A DNA stretch of 64,000 nt from Squalus acanthias (lineage: Eukaryota). Position numbers and translations under genes: made by a program. Each line of letters starts with the position of its first letter. Position 1 is the first letter of the stretch. The notes beneath the pieces were generated by a model that had not been told where the DNA came from, made no database searches, and saw nothing but the letters and a program-made list of their open reading frames with translations. This document shows positions 62,196 through 64,000 of this stretch, one piece after another. The stretch spans positions 130,264,001-130,328,000 of the forward strand of contig CM059432.1 in assembly GCA_030390025.1 (NCBI GenBank), in the 5' to 3' direction.

Positions 62196-64000
62196 CATAT
62201 TTGATGTGATTTAGTCTTGCCCAAGGTTCCACGAAGTCCATTGTTCGAGCGAAATTGGCATCGTTGTCTTATCCAATTGAAGATCCATCGAAACCCATTA
62301 AAACACCAAGTCTCATTGTCCAAAGTTAAATCACCTATCGAGACGCTCATTGTCCAAAGCAAATGTCTTTTCCATAGTTAAATTGAAACTCACAGGTGTG
62401 TCTGTGCTTCTAGGTCCAACTGCACCACGCCCCTACCACTGGGCCAAACAGACTGCTGGTCGAACAGCAGTAACAATCATACAAATCCTTGGGGCCTGCT
62501 CCGATGCTTACAAAAGGGACAAACAAGTAAAAAAGTAGAGAACCAGGAGACATGGAGAAGGACATCAGGAGAGAGAGAGAACCTTCCAGACAGAGAGGAG
62601 TAAAAGGCAGACCATATCCTCTGACTTATAATGAGCTATGCCATGGGAGACCTATGATTTGTAGATCGTAATTTATCTGAAAAACACAGACTAACCAAAC
62701 TGCATATCAATGCAGTGGAATTTAAATTGTCAGTGACTTAGATTTTAACTTCCCCTGTAAATTATGTGTGTAAACTTCTGCTGCATAAAAAGAATTGTTT
62801 TCCATATGATTAGAGTAACCTTTTTAATCACTATATTTGTGGGTGTCCTGGCGAGGTCAGATTTTTGCGCTCATTTTCCTGTTGTGTTTTACAAGGGAAT
62901 AAAACAGGAAGCAAAATAAAATTGAAACCATCAATATATAATAGTGCCTATCATTTCAAATTAATATAAGTTGTTCATGGAAAACTGCAATTTCTCTGGT
63001 TCACTGTCCTCCCAGAGAAAAATGATTGACATTAAATGCAGAACATTCTGATGATAATATGCATGAACAAGAGAACATAACCCAGGGAATATCATGGGTC
63101 AATTTTTTTTTTAACTACAATACAGACACTGCTGCAAAATATAATGATCAAATGAAGGGTGCAATGGTTTTACATTTCAACCATAGTACTTAAAGTATCA
63201 AAGGTGTCAAAGTAACTAATGTGATGATGGTTTAAGCACTTTGGTATGTCTTATTGTATTAAAAACACCATCAATGCAAGATGCTGTTTCTGGAATTACT
63301 GTCCAAAATGAAAAGTTATTTAAAACAAATAAGCAGTTGGGACTGTGCAACTGGCCTCTGTGTTCCTAGGCTAATGATGGTGAAAAAAATTACCATCCGG
63401 TGAGCCTTGCTCAAACTTACATATGCATGGTTGTTGAGTGAGGTTGGCATTGACCTTGGCTACGATGAAATAGCTCACTGGCACTCACACACGTGCAGAA
63501 TAGGTACTTGGGTGAGGTACCAGTGAGTCAGTAAGAGAAGGGGTAAAGGCATGGGAGCAGCGAAGGAAAGAGAAAATTAAGTGGAATACAGATGTGCAAC
63601 ACTCAGCACTAACATGAAAGTCAGAACGCTGTTGAACATCTTTAATTATCTATATCTTTATTCTTGCAATGAAGAAAAGGGCATCTAAAATTAAGAATTT
63701 GATTTCTGGGCAATCTTTAAGTTTGGAGCAAATCCGTCAAGATTCCTTGGATATCTGTTTGTGAAGAATCACTGTTAAAATGTTTATTCTGGTGGGATGT
63801 GGTTTAACCCTTAAAGTGCCACGGATGAGTTACTCATCCAGGCACTGTCCGACTCCAGGTCTTTCTGACGATCATGCTTTTTGGCAGCGCTCCCTCCTAG
63901 TTTAACATGTTACACATACAGGTTTGATCTGGTCATGTCAATGATGCAACTGTGTCAATGTTACTGTTTTTGAAGGTTTTAATGTCAGTTTTCAGCCAAT

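Larger units (their letters stand above)
61004..62512 (-). mobile_element. Possible solo LTR hosting the two Penelope inserts
   Basis: Termini TGTAGC...GCTTACA and a minus-strand ATTAAA near 61195; no TSD visible. Confidence 0.3.

Overview
Eukaryotic, repeat-dense vertebrate genomic DNA; the repeat families point to a cartilaginous fish (shark-like). It holds one host gene: a three-coding-exon Tribbles pseudokinase on the minus strand (CDS 57517-57807, 56602-56894, 53712-54180; 350 aa), best matching TRIB1. The gene has a probable long uORF-containing 5' leader and a ~2.5 kb TE-free 3' UTR. The ~51 kb downstream is gene-desert-like and filled with nested transposable elements: many CR1 LINEs (one with an intact 530-aa RT frame, one with ORF1 esterase plus endonuclease), a second CR1/L2-group LINE family, L2, Deu-domain and other tRNA-derived SINEs, hAT MITEs with 8-bp TSDs, PIF/Harbinger MITEs and relics, and very old L1-, Jockey/I-, Vingi- and CR1/L2-like fossils. 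The most notable non-coding signals are (i) minimal hammerhead ribozymes in Penelope-like inserts, two of them ~130 bp apart on the TRIB1 strand ~4 kb upstream of the ATG, and (ii) a 59-codon uORF whose stop overlaps the TRIB1 start codon (TAATG). All family assignments come from motif recognition by eye; no database search was run.
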